The notes under the pieces: model-generated | Database searches by the model: none | Told to the model about the DNA's origin: nothing | What the model saw: the letters and a program-made list of their open reading frames with translations, nothing else | Position numbers and translations under genes: made by a program | From: Minisyncoccota bacterium | GTDB lineage: Bacteria > Patescibacteriota > Microgenomatia > UBA1400 > PJMF01 | Direction of reading: 5' to 3' | Length of the DNA: 64,000 nt | Assembly (NCBI GenBank): GCA_018657765.1 | Contig: JABHWM010000005.1 | Location: 65,138-129,137 of the forward strand | Shown: in pieces, positions 9,632 through 19,639 of the stretch | Position numbering within the stretch: the first letter of the stretch is position 1 | How the letters are laid out: each line of letters opens with the position of its first letter

Positions 9632-11353
9632 ATGAAAACATTTTTAAAATTATTAAAAAATGAGCAAAAGAAAAAACTCTTTTTTGCAAGTTTATTTATT
9701 ATTATTTTTTCTTTATTTATATCTAGGAATCTTTTTACTGATTCTTTGCCTCGTACAGATGATTTAGAGTTACATGGCGCTCGTTTGGCTAATTACTATT
9801 TAGCAATTAAACAAAATCAATTTCCTCCGTATTGGGGGCCTAATTTGAACTATGGTTTTGGTTACCCTATTTTTCTTTTTTCTTATCAATTTCCATATAT
9901 AACGGCTGTTATTTTTTATTTTTTAGGATTGAGTATTGAGATTAGTCTTAATTTAACAATGACTATTTTTATTATTAGTGGTGGTTTAGGAATGTTCTAT
10001 CTTTCTTATATAAAAAATAAAAATATTTTATTAGCTATTACTTCAGCACTAATTTATCAAACAACTCCATATATGTTGTTAAATATTTTTGTAAGAGGTG
10101 CTCTTGGAGAAATTTCTTTTTTAGGAATTTTACCCTGGATTTTTATTTTTATAGAGCTTAGAAAAAAATCTAATCAGTGGTGGTATAAAATTTTTAGTAT
10201 TTTTATATTTTCTAGTTTAATTTTATCTCATCCAGTATCTTTAGTAGTGGCTGGGCCGCTTATTTTAATTTGGTTGTTTTTTGATGGTTTCTATTTTGAA
10301 TTAAAAAATTGGAAAAAAAATAATTATGCAATTAAATTTTTATTTAATGGTTTTTTGAGTTTAGGAATAACAGCTTTTTATTGGCTGCCTTTTATTTTTG
10401 AGAAAAAATATATTGTTATTGATGGTCACAACATAATTAATAACTTTTCTAATAGATTTTTACCAGTCAAACAATTACTATTTTCTAGATGGGGTCATGG
10501 TGGAGCTGATATAAGTATTCCTAATGATGTTTTTCCAGCTACTCTTGGTTTATCTATTTTAGTCATTTTATTTTATTCATTAATAAAATTAATTAAATTC
10601 TTGAAAAAAGAGAATTCAATAAAAAAATACAAGGATGTTATTTTTTGGTTAGTAGTTTTCTTTTTATCAGTATTTTTAATGTTACCAATCTCTAAAAAAG
10701 TTTGGAATTTTTCAAAAGTTCTTCCATATCTTCAATATCCATGGCGTTTATTATGGGTAAGCACTTTTTCTGGAATAATGATTTTAAATTCATGGAAAAA
10801 AATAAATAAATTTATTTTGTATATTATATTGGTAATAGTTTTACATCATTCTATTTTTTACACCAATCCAGTTGGTTATATTAGTAATTCAAATCATGAT
10901 TGGTTGGAGTATTTTGGAACATCTACATCAGATAATGAGCTGAAAGCAAAATGGTTTGATGAGCATAAAAACATAGGTATTACCGAGAAAATTGTATTAA
11001 ACCCTCCAAGTTCAAATCAAAAAATAGATATTAGTTCATGGAACGGCTCAGAAATGGTTTATGAAATAGAAACTGATAGTTCTACTAATGTTTTACAAAA
11101 AACTATGTATTTCCCTGGATGGGAGGCTGTTGTTGATGGTGAGAAAGTTGATATTAACTATATGAATGAAGAATTCCCAGGAAGAATTAATTTCTCTTTA
11201 GAAAAAGGAAAACATAATATAAAAGTTAACTTTACTAATAATACTCCAGCTAGAAAAACAGGTCTTTATTTAACATTGGTTAGTATAATTACTTATATTG
11301 TAGTAATTTTATTCTCTTTATTTAAAACTATAAAAAACAATAAAAATCAATGA
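9632..11353 (+). CDS. multi-TM GT-C-like protein, YfhO / PTPS-related family, paralog 2
   Basis: TDD..LH.ARLANY..A.KQ.QFPP.W.PNLN.G.GYP, RGALGE, QYPWRL, YFPGW.A.VDG. ATG 9632 preferred over TTG 9614. Confidence 0.8.
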   Translation: MKTFLKLLKNEQKKKLFFASLFIIIFSLFISRNLFTDSLPRTDDLELHGARLANYYLAIKQNQFPPYWGPNLNYGFGYPIFLFSYQFPYITAVIFYFLGLSIEISLNLTMTIFIISGGLGMFYLSYIKNKNILLAITSALIYQTTPYMLLNIFVRGALGEISFLGILPWIFIFIELRKKSNQWWYKIFSIFIFSSLILSHPVSLVVAGPLILIWLFFDGFYFELKNWKKNNYAIKFLFNGFLSLGITAFYWLPFIFEKKYIVIDGHNIINNFSNRFLPVKQLLFSRWGHGGADISIPNDVFPATLGLSILVILFYSLIKLIKFLKKENSIKKYKDVIFWLVVFFLSVFLMLPISKKVWNFSKVLPYLQYPWRLLWVSTFSGIMILNSWKKINKFILYIILVIVLHHSIFYTNPVGYISNSNHDWLEYFGTSTSDNELKAKWFDEHKNIGITEKIVLNPPSSNQKIDISSWNGSEMVYEIETDSSTNVLQKTMYFPGWEAVVDGEKVDINYMNEEFPGRINFSLEKGKHNIKVNFTNNTPARKTGLYLTLVSIITYIVVILFSLFKTIKNNKNQ

Positions 11354-11377
11354 TTTAGGATCATCTAGCTTGGCTTA

Positions 11378-11406
11378 TTGTAAGCACCTTTTCTAGAGGG
11401 TACAAT
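11378..11406 (+). promoter_or_regulatory. sigma70-type promoter TTGTAA-17-TACAAT
   Basis: -35 at 11378-11383, -10 at 11401-11406, ATG 11 nt downstream. Confidence 0.6.
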
Positions 11407-11417
11407 GGAAAATACAT

Positions 11418-12326
11418 ATGACAAATAAGCTATCTGTTGTTATTAATACTAAAAATGTTTCCAAGACTTTAGAAACAACATTGAAATCTATTGACTTTGC
11501 TGATGACATTGTTGTTGTTGATATGGAGAGTACTGATGAAACTCTTTTGATTGCTAAAAAATACACCAAGAGAATTTTTCAACATGAAGATGTTGGCTAT
11601 GCAGATCCTGCTCGTAATTTTGCTATTTCTAAGGCAAAACATAATTGGATACTGGTGGTAGATGCAGATGAAGTTATTTCAAAAGATTTACAAACAATAA
11701 TTTTGAGCACTATTTCAGATAAAAATACTGCTGATATTTATCATTTCCCTAGAAAGAACTTTGTTTTCGGGAAATGGATTATGAAGACAGGTTGGTGGCC
11801 TGATTATCAACCCCGTCTTTTCAAAAAAGGAGCTGTTTCCTGGCAGGTAGGGGTTCATCGTTTACCAGATATGGTTGGTAAACAAGAAAAATTTCCTGCT
11901 GAAGAAAAATATGCTATAGAACATGCTAACTATAAAGACATTTCTCATTTTATAGAAAAACTGAATCACTATACTTCTATTCAAGCAAAAGAACGCTTAT
12001 TAAAGTCATCTAAAGATGATTTCTCTTCTAGTGAAATGTTCGAGATTTTTGCAAATGAATTGGCAAAGCGTTCTCTAATGATGAATGGTACAGAAGAAGG
12101 TTTGCATGGTACTTCGCTCTCATTTTTACAAGCAACTTATGAAGCAGTCATTTATTTGAAACAATGGGGAGAAATGGGATCAAAAGAAACTCAACCAGAG
12201 GACTTCGGATTAATACTGCAAAAAATGCAAAAAATATGGAGATATTGGTGGGCTGATTATAGAGTAAGAAACACTTCTGGTTTATCTAATATTTATTGGA
12301 AGATAAGAAGAAAATTCAAAATATAG
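11418..12326 (+). CDS. GT2 glycosyltransferase (WaaE/LgtF beta-1,4-glucosyltransferase-like)
   Basis: LSVVINTKN, VVDMESTD, ARNFA, WILVVDADE, WWPDYQPRLF and VH motifs. Confidence 0.88.
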   Translation: MTNKLSVVINTKNVSKTLETTLKSIDFADDIVVVDMESTDETLLIAKKYTKRIFQHEDVGYADPARNFAISKAKHNWILVVDADEVISKDLQTIILSTISDKNTADIYHFPRKNFVFGKWIMKTGWWPDYQPRLFKKGAVSWQVGVHRLPDMVGKQEKFPAEEKYAIEHANYKDISHFIEKLNHYTSIQAKERLLKSSKDDFSSSEMFEIFANELAKRSLMMNGTEEGLHGTSLSFLQATYEAVIYLKQWGEMGSKETQPEDFGLILQKMQKIWRYWWADYRVRNTSGLSNIYWKIRRKFKI

Positions 12327-12368
12327 TATTTATTCTTTTTTATTGGAAGTTAGAAAGAAAAGTTTTTT

Positions 12369-14102
12369 ATGAAAAATCTATTTAAAAATAAATTATTTTT
12401 ATTAGGTTTAATTGTCATATTAGCTTGTTTTCTTAGGTTTTTTAAATTAGGCAGTGTTCCCCTAGAGCTAAATAGAGATGAAGCCTCTCTTGGATATACA
12501 GCTTACTCTATTTTAAAAACAGGTCGTGAAGAGCATGGTCAGTTTTGGCCTATTCAAATAGAGTCTTTTGGTGACTGGAAACTTCCTTTATATGTTTATA
12601 GCTTGATTCCATTTATAGCTGTTTTTGGTCTAGAAGCTTGGGTTGTTAGATTACCTTCTGCACTAGTCGGGATAGGAATTATTATTGTTAGTCACTTTTT
12701 AGTTTTGAGGTTATTTGACAAAACACAGAAAAAAAATTTATTAGCTATTTTAATTCCTTTATTATTAGCTGTTAGCCCATGGCAAATTCATTTTTCTCAT
12801 GTTGCTTATGAAGCGCACCTTAGTATGTTTTTATTTATTCTGGGTTTATTGGGATTTTTGATTGTTAAGGAGAAATTTTTAAAGTTAAAAATAAGAGATA
12901 TTCGGTTGTTTAGTTTATCAATGTTATCTTGGGCAGTTACTTTATTGGGTTACCATGCTTATCAGGCTTTTATTCCTTTGTTTTTTATTAGTATGATGTT
13001 TTTCTATAGAGATTTTTTGAAAAGATTTTTTACTGACAAAAATGGTAAATATTTTTTCAAAGATTTATTTATTGCTTTGTTACCTTTTATGATAATAGGG
13101 TCAGTATTGATAGCTAGTGGAGTTAGTGGAGCTAATAAAACTAAGTTTTCTGGTCTTTCTATATTTAGTCCTCAATCTTATTCTTTGGAAGTTGGTAAAG
13201 AACGACAAATGTTGCCAAGTCCTAATCACCCATTTTTTGTATTTGTAATAAATAAATATACTTCTATCGTAAATCAGATAGAAACAAATTTCTTTAATTT
13301 AATTTCTCCAGATTTTCTTTTTATTAGAGGTGGTAACAATGGGGCACACAATATTACAGGATATGGTAATTTGTACTCATTTTTATTTTTTGGTCTAGTT
13401 GTGGGAATAGTCTCTATTTTTATAAGCTCATCTGAAAGTTTATCTATCTTGGGTATTTGGTTAATAACAGCATCAGTTGCTCCAATGATTACTTTTGCGG
13501 CTAATCATACAGTTCGTTTTTCACCAGGATTTATACCTGCAGAGATATTATCTGTTTATGGCTGGTTAGTTATTTTTAATATTTTACGTAAAAAAATATC
13601 AGCTAAGTTTTTTAAGATTATATTATCTATTTTCTTTATAGTAGTTTTTTACTTAGTCTATAAATTTTTGGTTACTTATTATTTTATCTTTCCAAGGAGA
13701 GACTTAGAGCGTTGGTCATGGCAGATGAAATCAGTAGTTTTTCAGGTTGATGTTTTGAAAGATAACTATGACAAAGTTATTGTTCAAGATGAGCAGAGTT
13801 CTCCATACATTTACTTTTTATTTCATCTCAAAGTAGATCCCGAAACTCTATCAGAAAGAATAGAATACTATCCAGTAGATAATGAAGGCTTTAAACACGT
13901 AAAGCGTTTTGATAATATTTACTTTGAGAAAATAGATTGGGAAATCAGAAACTATTCTGATGAAAATAGATTATTTGTTGTTTCTAACCAAGAAATACCT
14001 GATTATAATAGATTTAATGAAAATTTTTCTTTGATAGAAGTTTTAGAAAATGATAATGTTAAGAAAGAAGTAGAGTTTTGGAGTTATCAGTCTCTTCAGT
14101 AA
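12369..14102 (+). CDS. GT-C (ArnT/PMT-like) glycosyltransferase, paralog 2
   Basis: RDEASLGYTAYSILKTGREEHG..WP...ESFGDWKLP, VRLPSA, SPW.IHFS..AYE. Confidence 0.85.
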   Translation: MKNLFKNKLFLLGLIVILACFLRFFKLGSVPLELNRDEASLGYTAYSILKTGREEHGQFWPIQIESFGDWKLPLYVYSLIPFIAVFGLEAWVVRLPSALVGIGIIIVSHFLVLRLFDKTQKKNLLAILIPLLLAVSPWQIHFSHVAYEAHLSMFLFILGLLGFLIVKEKFLKLKIRDIRLFSLSMLSWAVTLLGYHAYQAFIPLFFISMMFFYRDFLKRFFTDKNGKYFFKDLFIALLPFMIIGSVLIASGVSGANKTKFSGLSIFSPQSYSLEVGKERQMLPSPNHPFFVFVINKYTSIVNQIETNFFNLISPDFLFIRGGNNGAHNITGYGNLYSFLFFGLVVGIVSIFISSSESLSILGIWLITASVAPMITFAANHTVRFSPGFIPAEILSVYGWLVIFNILRKKISAKFFKIILSIFFIVVFYLVYKFLVTYYFIFPRRDLERWSWQMKSVVFQVDVLKDNYDKVIVQDEQSSPYIYFLFHLKVDPETLSERIEYYPVDNEGFKHVKRFDNIYFEKIDWEIRNYSDENRLFVVSNQEIPDYNRFNENFSLIEVLENDNVKKEVEFWSYQSLQ

Positions 14103-14136
14103 AATAACTCAGTAACCAGTATAATGTAAGGATACT

Positions 14137-15054
14137 ATGGAACACGTCACAACTCTTATTGTTAACTATAATACTCCTAAAGATACAGAGCTCGCTATTC
14201 GTTCTGCCGTAAACGCTAGAGCAGATGGCTTCGTACATCAAGTTATAGTGGTCGATAATGGCTCTAAGGAGCCACTTAAATTATCTAAAGATATGGAAAA
14301 AGCAGGTGTAGTTCTAATTAGAAGTGCTGCTAATCTTGGTTTTACTGGTGGTAATAATCTAGCTATGAGCCATGCAGTTAAAGAATTTCAGACTGATTAT
14401 TTTTTCTTATTAAACCCTGATGCAGAAGTAGAAAAAGATGGGGTTCAAAAATTATATGAGGCTATTAAAGATGATCCAAAAGCTGGTATAGCTGTCTCAA
14501 AGATATATTTCACTCCTGGACTTGAATATCATAGAAAAAGCTACTCTAGAGCAGAAAAAGGGAAAGTTATTTGGTATGCAGGTGGAAGTATTGATTGGCC
14601 CAATTTAGTTGCTGACCATAGAGGAGTTGATGAAGTAGATAGAAAGCAATTTGATCACCAGACAACTTGTGATTTTGCTACAGGTTGTGCTCTTTTTGTA
14701 AAAAGAGTAGTCACAGAACATATTGGTATTTTGGATAAAAAATTCTTTTTATATTCTGAAGATGTTGATTTTAGTCTACGAGCCAAAAAAGCTGGTTATA
14801 AAATTGTTTTTGTCCCAGAGTCTATTGTTTGGCACATGAATGGAGGCTCTATGCCTGGAGGAGTAGGATCAGGATTTCAACAATATTATCAAACAAGAAA
14901 TAGACTTTTAATTTCTGCTTTACACGGCAGTTGGAGAAACAAGTTAACTGCTTTGAGATTTGCTTTTAATACTTTTTTTAATGGTTCTGATGCAGAAAGA
15001 AAAGGAGTTATGGACTTCTTTTTATTGAGATTTGGAAAACAATCAGTCGTATAA
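14137..15054 (+). CDS. GT2 glycosyltransferase (WbbL/rhamnosyltransferase-like)
   Basis: IVNYN, VVDNGS, NLGFTGGNN, LLNPD, TGCALF, FFLYSEDVDFSLR, VWH. TATAAT at 14120-14125. Confidence 0.9.
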   Translation: MEHVTTLIVNYNTPKDTELAIRSAVNARADGFVHQVIVVDNGSKEPLKLSKDMEKAGVVLIRSAANLGFTGGNNLAMSHAVKEFQTDYFFLLNPDAEVEKDGVQKLYEAIKDDPKAGIAVSKIYFTPGLEYHRKSYSRAEKGKVIWYAGGSIDWPNLVADHRGVDEVDRKQFDHQTTCDFATGCALFVKRVVTEHIGILDKKFFLYSEDVDFSLRAKKAGYKIVFVPESIVWHMNGGSMPGGVGSGFQQYYQTRNRLLISALHGSWRNKLTALRFAFNTFFNGSDAERKGVMDFFLLRFGKQSVV

Positions 15055-15090
15055 CTTATTAAGTTGTAACTTTAGGTTTTAGAGATAATC

Positions 15091-15921
15091 ATGGATAAGA
15101 AAAAGATGAAAATATCAGCAATTATTTTGGCAAAAGATGAATCATCAATGATAGAGGGTTGTATTAATTCTCTTGATTGGTGTGATGAGATTTTATTGGT
15201 TGATAATGGATCATCAGATGATACTGTCATTAAAGCTGAAAACCTCGGTGCCAGAGTGATTAGTTTTTCTCATCCTTCTTTTGCTAGAAAAAGAAACGAA
15301 GGTTTAAAACACGCTACTGGTGACTGGATTTTTTATATTGATGCAGATGAAAGGGTTACTCCTACTTTTGCCAAAGAAATTTTGGTTCATATAGAGACTG
15401 GTGAGGCTACTGTTTTAGAATCTCAAAGAAAAAACTATTGTTATGGCTTTCCTTTCTCTTATGGAGGCTGGCAAGATGATTTTGTAACTAGAATTTTCAA
15501 AAAAGAATCTCTCAAAGAATGGACAGGTAAAATTCATGAGAGCCCTGTTTATGAAGGAACAGTTGTAAAACTTCATTCTTCACTAATACATTTAACTCAC
15601 AGAAGTACGGAAGATAACCTTAGAAAATCTGCAGACTGGACAAAACTGGAGGCAGACCTTTTATATAAAGCTGGAGAAAAACCAGTTAATCTTTTTACAT
15701 TGGTTCGTAAAGGAGTAATGGAGTTTTTTAGAAGAGTTGTTTTGAAAAAAGGATACAAAGATGGAATGCCTGGAGTTATAGAAGGAGTTGTTCAAGGAAT
15801 AAATAGAATGATTATTTATATCCAGGTTTGGGAGTTACAACAAAAACCTTCTTTATCAGATAGATACTCTAAAAAAGAAACAGAGATTAAAAATCTTTGG
15901 AAAAAAGAGAAAAACATTTAA
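15091..15921 (+). CDS. GT2 glycosyltransferase (WaaE/LgtF-like)
   Basis: ISAIILAKDE, VDNGSSD, FARKRN, WIFYIDADER, IHE. Alternative start at 15106. Confidence 0.88.
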   Translation: MDKKKMKISAIILAKDESSMIEGCINSLDWCDEILLVDNGSSDDTVIKAENLGARVISFSHPSFARKRNEGLKHATGDWIFYIDADERVTPTFAKEILVHIETGEATVLESQRKNYCYGFPFSYGGWQDDFVTRIFKKESLKEWTGKIHESPVYEGTVVKLHSSLIHLTHRSTEDNLRKSADWTKLEADLLYKAGEKPVNLFTLVRKGVMEFFRRVVLKKGYKDGMPGVIEGVVQGINRMIIYIQVWELQQKPSLSDRYSKKETEIKNLWKKEKNI

Positions 15922-15925
15922 AGTT

Positions 15926-17041
15926 ATGAAAACCTGCCTTTATTCTCCATATTTTCCCAAACATGTTGGTGGTGGAGAAAAGTATTTCTTGGATGTAGCT
16001 AGAGCTCTTTCTAGATATGGAGATGTTTCATTGGCTATTCCTAATGATCAGCCAGATTCCTCTGAAAAAATTTATGATAGATATGAAAAATTTCTAGGAA
16101 AAAGCATAGAAGACTTCTCTTTAATAAAATCTCCACTTGGGTCATCTGCTTCTTTTATAAAAAAATTACTATGGACTCGTCAATTTGATTTATTATATTC
16201 ATTTACTGATGGGAGTCTTTTCCCAAGTTTTGCCAAAAAAAATATTTTACATATTCAAACTCCATTGAAAAGAGAACCAGCTTCTTTTATAGAAAAATGT
16301 AAGATTGCTTCTTGGAGTTTTATTAATACAAATTCTGAGTTTACAAAAAATGTTGTAGAAAAATTCTGGAAAATAAAAGTAAATGCGGTACACCATCCAA
16401 TGGTTGATGTTCTGGAAATAGAGAATCTACAAAAAACCATAAAAAAAGAAAAAGTTATTCTTCATGTTGGTAGATTTTTTAGGCAACTTCATAGTAAAAG
16501 ACAAGATGTTTTGGTAGATTTTTTTGCAGAACTAATTAAGAAAGATCCAGATAACTCAAAGGATTGGAAACTAGTTTTGATTGGATCTGTTGAGGATCAA
16601 GATTATGCTGCAGAAGTTCTGAAAAAAGCTCAAGGATTACCTATAGAGATTATCCATTCTGTTAGTAGGCCTGAACTCAATGAGTGGTATGCAAAAGCAA
16701 GTATTTACTGGCATGCGACTGGTTTTGGAGTTGATGAACTAGATTACCCAGAAAAAATGGAGCATTTTGGAATTTCTACAGGAGAAGCAATGGCTGGAGG
16801 AGCAGTTCCTGTAGTTATTAATGCAGGAGGACAACCAGAAGTACTAGGAAAGAATCTTGAAAAATGGCTTTGGAAGGATATGGATTCTTGTCTTGAAAAG
16901 ACTTTAGAACTTATGAATAATGAAAGTAAGAGAAATGAATGGAGCTTAAAATCAGCACAACAAGTTCATAATTTTGATCAAGAACATTTTGAAAAAAATA
17001 TAGATAAAATGATGAATCAGCTAGGTTTAAAAAAAATATAA
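15926..17041 (+). CDS. GT4 glycosyltransferase
   Basis: GGGEKY, NSEFT, VGRFF...KRQD, EHFGISTGEAM..G.VP. Confidence 0.9.
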   Translation: MKTCLYSPYFPKHVGGGEKYFLDVARALSRYGDVSLAIPNDQPDSSEKIYDRYEKFLGKSIEDFSLIKSPLGSSASFIKKLLWTRQFDLLYSFTDGSLFPSFAKKNILHIQTPLKREPASFIEKCKIASWSFINTNSEFTKNVVEKFWKIKVNAVHHPMVDVLEIENLQKTIKKEKVILHVGRFFRQLHSKRQDVLVDFFAELIKKDPDNSKDWKLVLIGSVEDQDYAAEVLKKAQGLPIEIIHSVSRPELNEWYAKASIYWHATGFGVDELDYPEKMEHFGISTGEAMAGGAVPVVINAGGQPEVLGKNLEKWLWKDMDSCLEKTLELMNNESKRNEWSLKSAQQVHNFDQEHFEKNIDKMMNQLGLKKI

Positions 17042-17069
17042 TTTGAAAAAATTTAAACAAGGAAACAAA

Positions 17070-17924
17070 ATGAAAAAAAATAGACCAGGTATTTCAGCGA
17101 TAATCCCTTCTTATAAAGGTAGACAGTTAATGGAAAAATATCTGCCTGCTTTATTTGATAATTTGGAAAATGGCGATGAACTAATTGTGGTAGAAGATAC
17201 TGGCCCAGATGATACAGTTCCTTGGATGAAAAAAGAGTTTTCTATGAAGAGTATTCAAGCACCTTTTGCAGGAGTAGATACTTACAAAGGAATATTTTCT
17301 AAAAATAATAAAAAAATAGATGTGGTTTTACTATATAACCAAAAAAATCAGCGTTTTGGTGTTACTTCCAATAGAGGAGTAGAGGCAGCAAAACATGATT
17401 TAATTTTTCTAGTTAATAATGATGTTGCTCCTCACAAAGATTGTGTGAAGTATTTAGTTCCTTATTTTGAAGATACCTCTGTTTTTGCTGTTGGGCCTTT
17501 GGAGATAGAACATGGAGAGAGGAAAGGTAAGAATAAGCTGTGGTTTGAGCGAGGAATGTTTATTCATTCTGCAGCAGACCTCAAAAGTGGACCTACTGCC
17601 TGGGTAAGTGGTGGAAGTGGTTTATTTGATAAAAAGAAATGGTTAGAAATTGGTGGTTTTGATAAATTATATTATCCAGCTTATTGGGAGGATATTGATC
17701 TTTCTTATCAAGCCAGAAAAAGAGGTTGGAAAGTATTGTTTGAAGAAAAAGCGGTAGTAGATCACAATCATGAAACAACTAATGTGAGTGTTTTTGGTAA
17801 ACGAAAAATGGATCAAATGAGTTGGAAAAATGGTTGTAAGTTTGCTTGGAAAAATAGTAATTTTTGGCAAAAGGTGTCATTCATTTTATGGAAGCCTTAT
17901 TGGTTATTAGTGCGTAACTCATGA
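17070..17924 (+). CDS. GT2 glycosyltransferase
   Basis: ISAIIPSY, NRGV, LVNND, GGFD..Y.PAYWEDIDLS. ATG 17070 follows an AAGGA SD. Confidence 0.88.
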   Translation: MKKNRPGISAIIPSYKGRQLMEKYLPALFDNLENGDELIVVEDTGPDDTVPWMKKEFSMKSIQAPFAGVDTYKGIFSKNNKKIDVVLLYNQKNQRFGVTSNRGVEAAKHDLIFLVNNDVAPHKDCVKYLVPYFEDTSVFAVGPLEIEHGERKGKNKLWFERGMFIHSAADLKSGPTAWVSGGSGLFDKKKWLEIGGFDKLYYPAYWEDIDLSYQARKRGWKVLFEEKAVVDHNHETTNVSVFGKRKMDQMSWKNGCKFAWKNSNFWQKVSFILWKPYWLLVRNS

Positions 17925-19588
17925 AAAAATTAAAAACCTTTAGCTGTTCATTTTCTCCACGTCAGTTTTTTTGGACGAGCTTAGGTATTTTATTATTGGC
18001 AACTTTATTAAGATTCTATCAATTGGGAAATATTCCACATGGAATGACTTGGGATGAAGCAGCTATTGGTTACAACGGATATGCTGTTTTTACTACTCGT
18101 CGGGATGAATGGTTAAAAAGACTACCTATTTCTTTTTGGTCTTTTGGTGATTACAAAGCTCCGCTAGCTATTTATATTAATGGATTTTCTACTTTTATTT
18201 TTGGGATGAATCTCTTTGCAGTAAGATTTCCTTTTGCAGTAGCTGGAGTTTTGGCAATATTAGGAATGATTCTGTTTTTAAGAAGTTTTTTGGAGGATAT
18301 AGAACAGCTGTCGCCATCAAAAGCACGGTTTTGGGCAGTTGTAGGAGGTGGTTTTTTGATGCTTTCTCCTTGGCATTTACATTACTCTAGAGCTGGATTT
18401 GAATCTGGTATGGCTTTATCTTTTGTGGTTTGGGGGTTATATTTCTGGCAAAAATTTTGGGGGAAATTCACTAATATTAGAAATTATAATGAAAATGAAA
18501 AATATGTTGGTTGGTGGTTAGTTTTTTCTGTGATTAGTTTTATAGCTTCTATTTATACTTACCACAGTGCAAAAATAATGGTGCCTATTTTGGGATTAGT
18601 TTTATTATGGCAACGAAGATTACAGTTAAAAAAAGTTATTAAAGAAATAAGTATTTCTAGTGTACTAGGTGGATTACTTTTATTGCCATTTTTATATGAT
18701 TCTTTTTTTGGTAAAGGATTAGAAAGAGCTGGAACTTTAATTTTTTCTCAGGGATTAAGTTTTGTAGAATTAATAAAAACAATAGGTTTACAAACATTAG
18801 CTCACCTAGACCCAAGATTTATATTTTTGGGAAAGACAACAACCTTGCGTCATGGAGATGGCCAGTGGGGAGTTCTATTGTTCACTACAGGTATAGTTTG
18901 TTTATATGCAATAGTTTTTTTCTTAAAAAAGAGATTAAGTAAAAGAAAAAATGATTTAGAAATCAATGGTTTTAATAAATTATTTTCTTTATCTTTACTA
19001 TTAATAGCGACTGGTTTATTACCGGCCATCATTGGAACTGAAGTACCCCATAGCAATAGAAGCTTATTAGCTCTTCCTGGATTTATTTTATTGGCAATTA
19101 CTGGATTACAATTAATTAGTAAAATATCCAGTGAAGTCATAAAGAGATCTCTACTAGGAACTTTATTGCTAATTCATCTGGTAATTTTTTCTAATTATCT
19201 TCATGACTATTATTATAATTTCTCAAGAGAAAGTGCTGCTTCTTTTCAAGATGGATATTTAGAAGCTTTTGAGTATGTTATTCCTTATGAAAAAGGTCTT
19301 AATGATAAACCTATAGTAGATAAAATTATTTTTACTAGTGATTATGGCCAGCCATATATTTATGCATTATTTGCAAGAAAAACTAACCCTATTTGGTATC
19401 AAGGTGGGTCATTAATTAAGTATGAATTTAAAGATGAAGTAACGATTGGGGACTTAGAACGAAAGAACACAATAGTCGTGGCAAGTAATGAAGATGAACT
19501 TCTTAGTAAAAATGATCAGGCAGATCATATTGTTTATGGGAGTGATGGTAGTATTAGATTTAGAATTTACTTAAACTTAGAAAGATAA
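17921..19588 (+). CDS. GT-C (ArnT/PMT-like) glycosyltransferase, paralog 3
   Basis: WDEAAIGYNGYAV.TT.RDEW...LP..F.SFGDYKAP, SPWHLHYSRAGFE, PHSNR. Confidence 0.85.
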   Translation: MKKLKTFSCSFSPRQFFWTSLGILLLATLLRFYQLGNIPHGMTWDEAAIGYNGYAVFTTRRDEWLKRLPISFWSFGDYKAPLAIYINGFSTFIFGMNLFAVRFPFAVAGVLAILGMILFLRSFLEDIEQLSPSKARFWAVVGGGFLMLSPWHLHYSRAGFESGMALSFVVWGLYFWQKFWGKFTNIRNYNENEKYVGWWLVFSVISFIASIYTYHSAKIMVPILGLVLLWQRRLQLKKVIKEISISSVLGGLLLLPFLYDSFFGKGLERAGTLIFSQGLSFVELIKTIGLQTLAHLDPRFIFLGKTTTLRHGDGQWGVLLFTTGIVCLYAIVFFLKKRLSKRKNDLEINGFNKLFSLSLLLIATGLLPAIIGTEVPHSNRSLLALPGFILLAITGLQLISKISSEVIKRSLLGTLLLIHLVIFSNYLHDYYYNFSRESAASFQDGYLEAFEYVIPYEKGLNDKPIVDKIIFTSDYGQPYIYALFARKTNPIWYQGGSLIKYEFKDEVTIGDLERKNTIVVASNEDELLSKNDQADHIVYGSDGSIRFRIYLNLER

Positions 19589-19639
19589 TCTTAAGGTGAT
19601 TTTATTTTACTAGTTTTAGTCAAAAGGTAAGTATAAATT